Source of the DNA: the human T2T-CHM13v2.0 reference genome, Homo sapiens
Direction: 5' to 3' (one strand)
Assembly (NCBI RefSeq): GCF_009914755.1
Contig: NC_060925.1
DNA length: 64,000 bases
Shown here: piece by piece, positions 63,580 to 64,000 of the stretch
Layout of the letters: the number at the start of each line of letters is the position of its first letter
Numbering within the stretch: the first letter of the stretch is position 1
Position numbers and translations under genes: made by a program
The notes under the pieces: model-generated
Told to the model about the DNA's origin: nothing
Databases searched by the model: none
Seen by the model: only the letters and a program-made list of their open reading frames with translations

Positions 63580-64000
63580 GTGGTGATGAGGACATGGAGA
63601 TGCATAATAGAGTTTTACACTTGGCAACATGTATTCATGTGGGAAAACTCAGTGATGAGTAACTCAAAGAGGTGCTGAGAATTCGGTGCTTGTACACCAT
63701 TTCATTTATTTTTTATTTATTTTTTAACTTTTAGGTTTGGGGTACATATGCAGGTTTGTTATATAGGTAAATTGCATGTTATGGGGGTATTATATACCAT
63801 TTTAACAAAGGATGATTAATTGTGAAGTAACTAGACAAAGGCTTGGGCTGCTAGGGGCAGTAAATTGTGTGAAGGTGACTAGGAAATGTTTGGTAAATAA
63901 GGGTTTAGTAACACTTGTCATGTAGATTCAAGTCACTGCTGTCTCTAGTGATAAGAATGATCTCCAGTGATTAAGAATCTTCCTGGTACATGAGATAGAA
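63580..64000. mobile_element. Probable ERV LTR fragment with a short nested L1 3' end (about 63702-63792)
   Basis: L1 tail ttttaggtttggggtacatatgcaggtttgttatatagg, flanked by tacaccattt / tataccattt. Confidence 0.45.

Overview
Human (primate) Alu/L1-rich genomic DNA. From remembered protein sequence it is part of the MAST2 kinase gene on the + strand (chr1p34 by recall; not verified by search). The window holds one 32-nt canonical coding exon (3563-3594, KELSLPRRGSF) followed by a very large intron. Inside that intron is an internal start with two phase-compatible exons (35023-35072 and 38532-38726) encoding an alternative N-terminus, MMKRRQERLGAPCLRIQ-ISTLCRG...RPLPW. Nearly everything else is transposable element: over 45 Alus including a young AluYb8, truncated L1s, L2/MIR, MaLR LTRs, an ERVL/MER21-type proviral remnant with pol motifs, solo LTRs of the MER52 and MER11 families with intact TSDs, and Tigger3 and hAT MITEs. 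Most ORFs in the supplied track are Alu/L1/LTR artefacts. The most striking observations are: (1) a decayed fragment of the GPCR gene NPBWR1/GPR7 (N-terminus plus TM1) inside the MER52 LTR; (2) the modular, all-phase-2 MAST2 N-terminal exons with a MAPK-docking-like motif; (3) several candidate cryptic or fossil exons; (4) a 32-bp perfect palindrome; (5) a zero-spacer inverted Alu fusion. Repeat subfamily names and paralog comparisons come from memory, and repeat boundaries are approximate unless a TSD is quoted.
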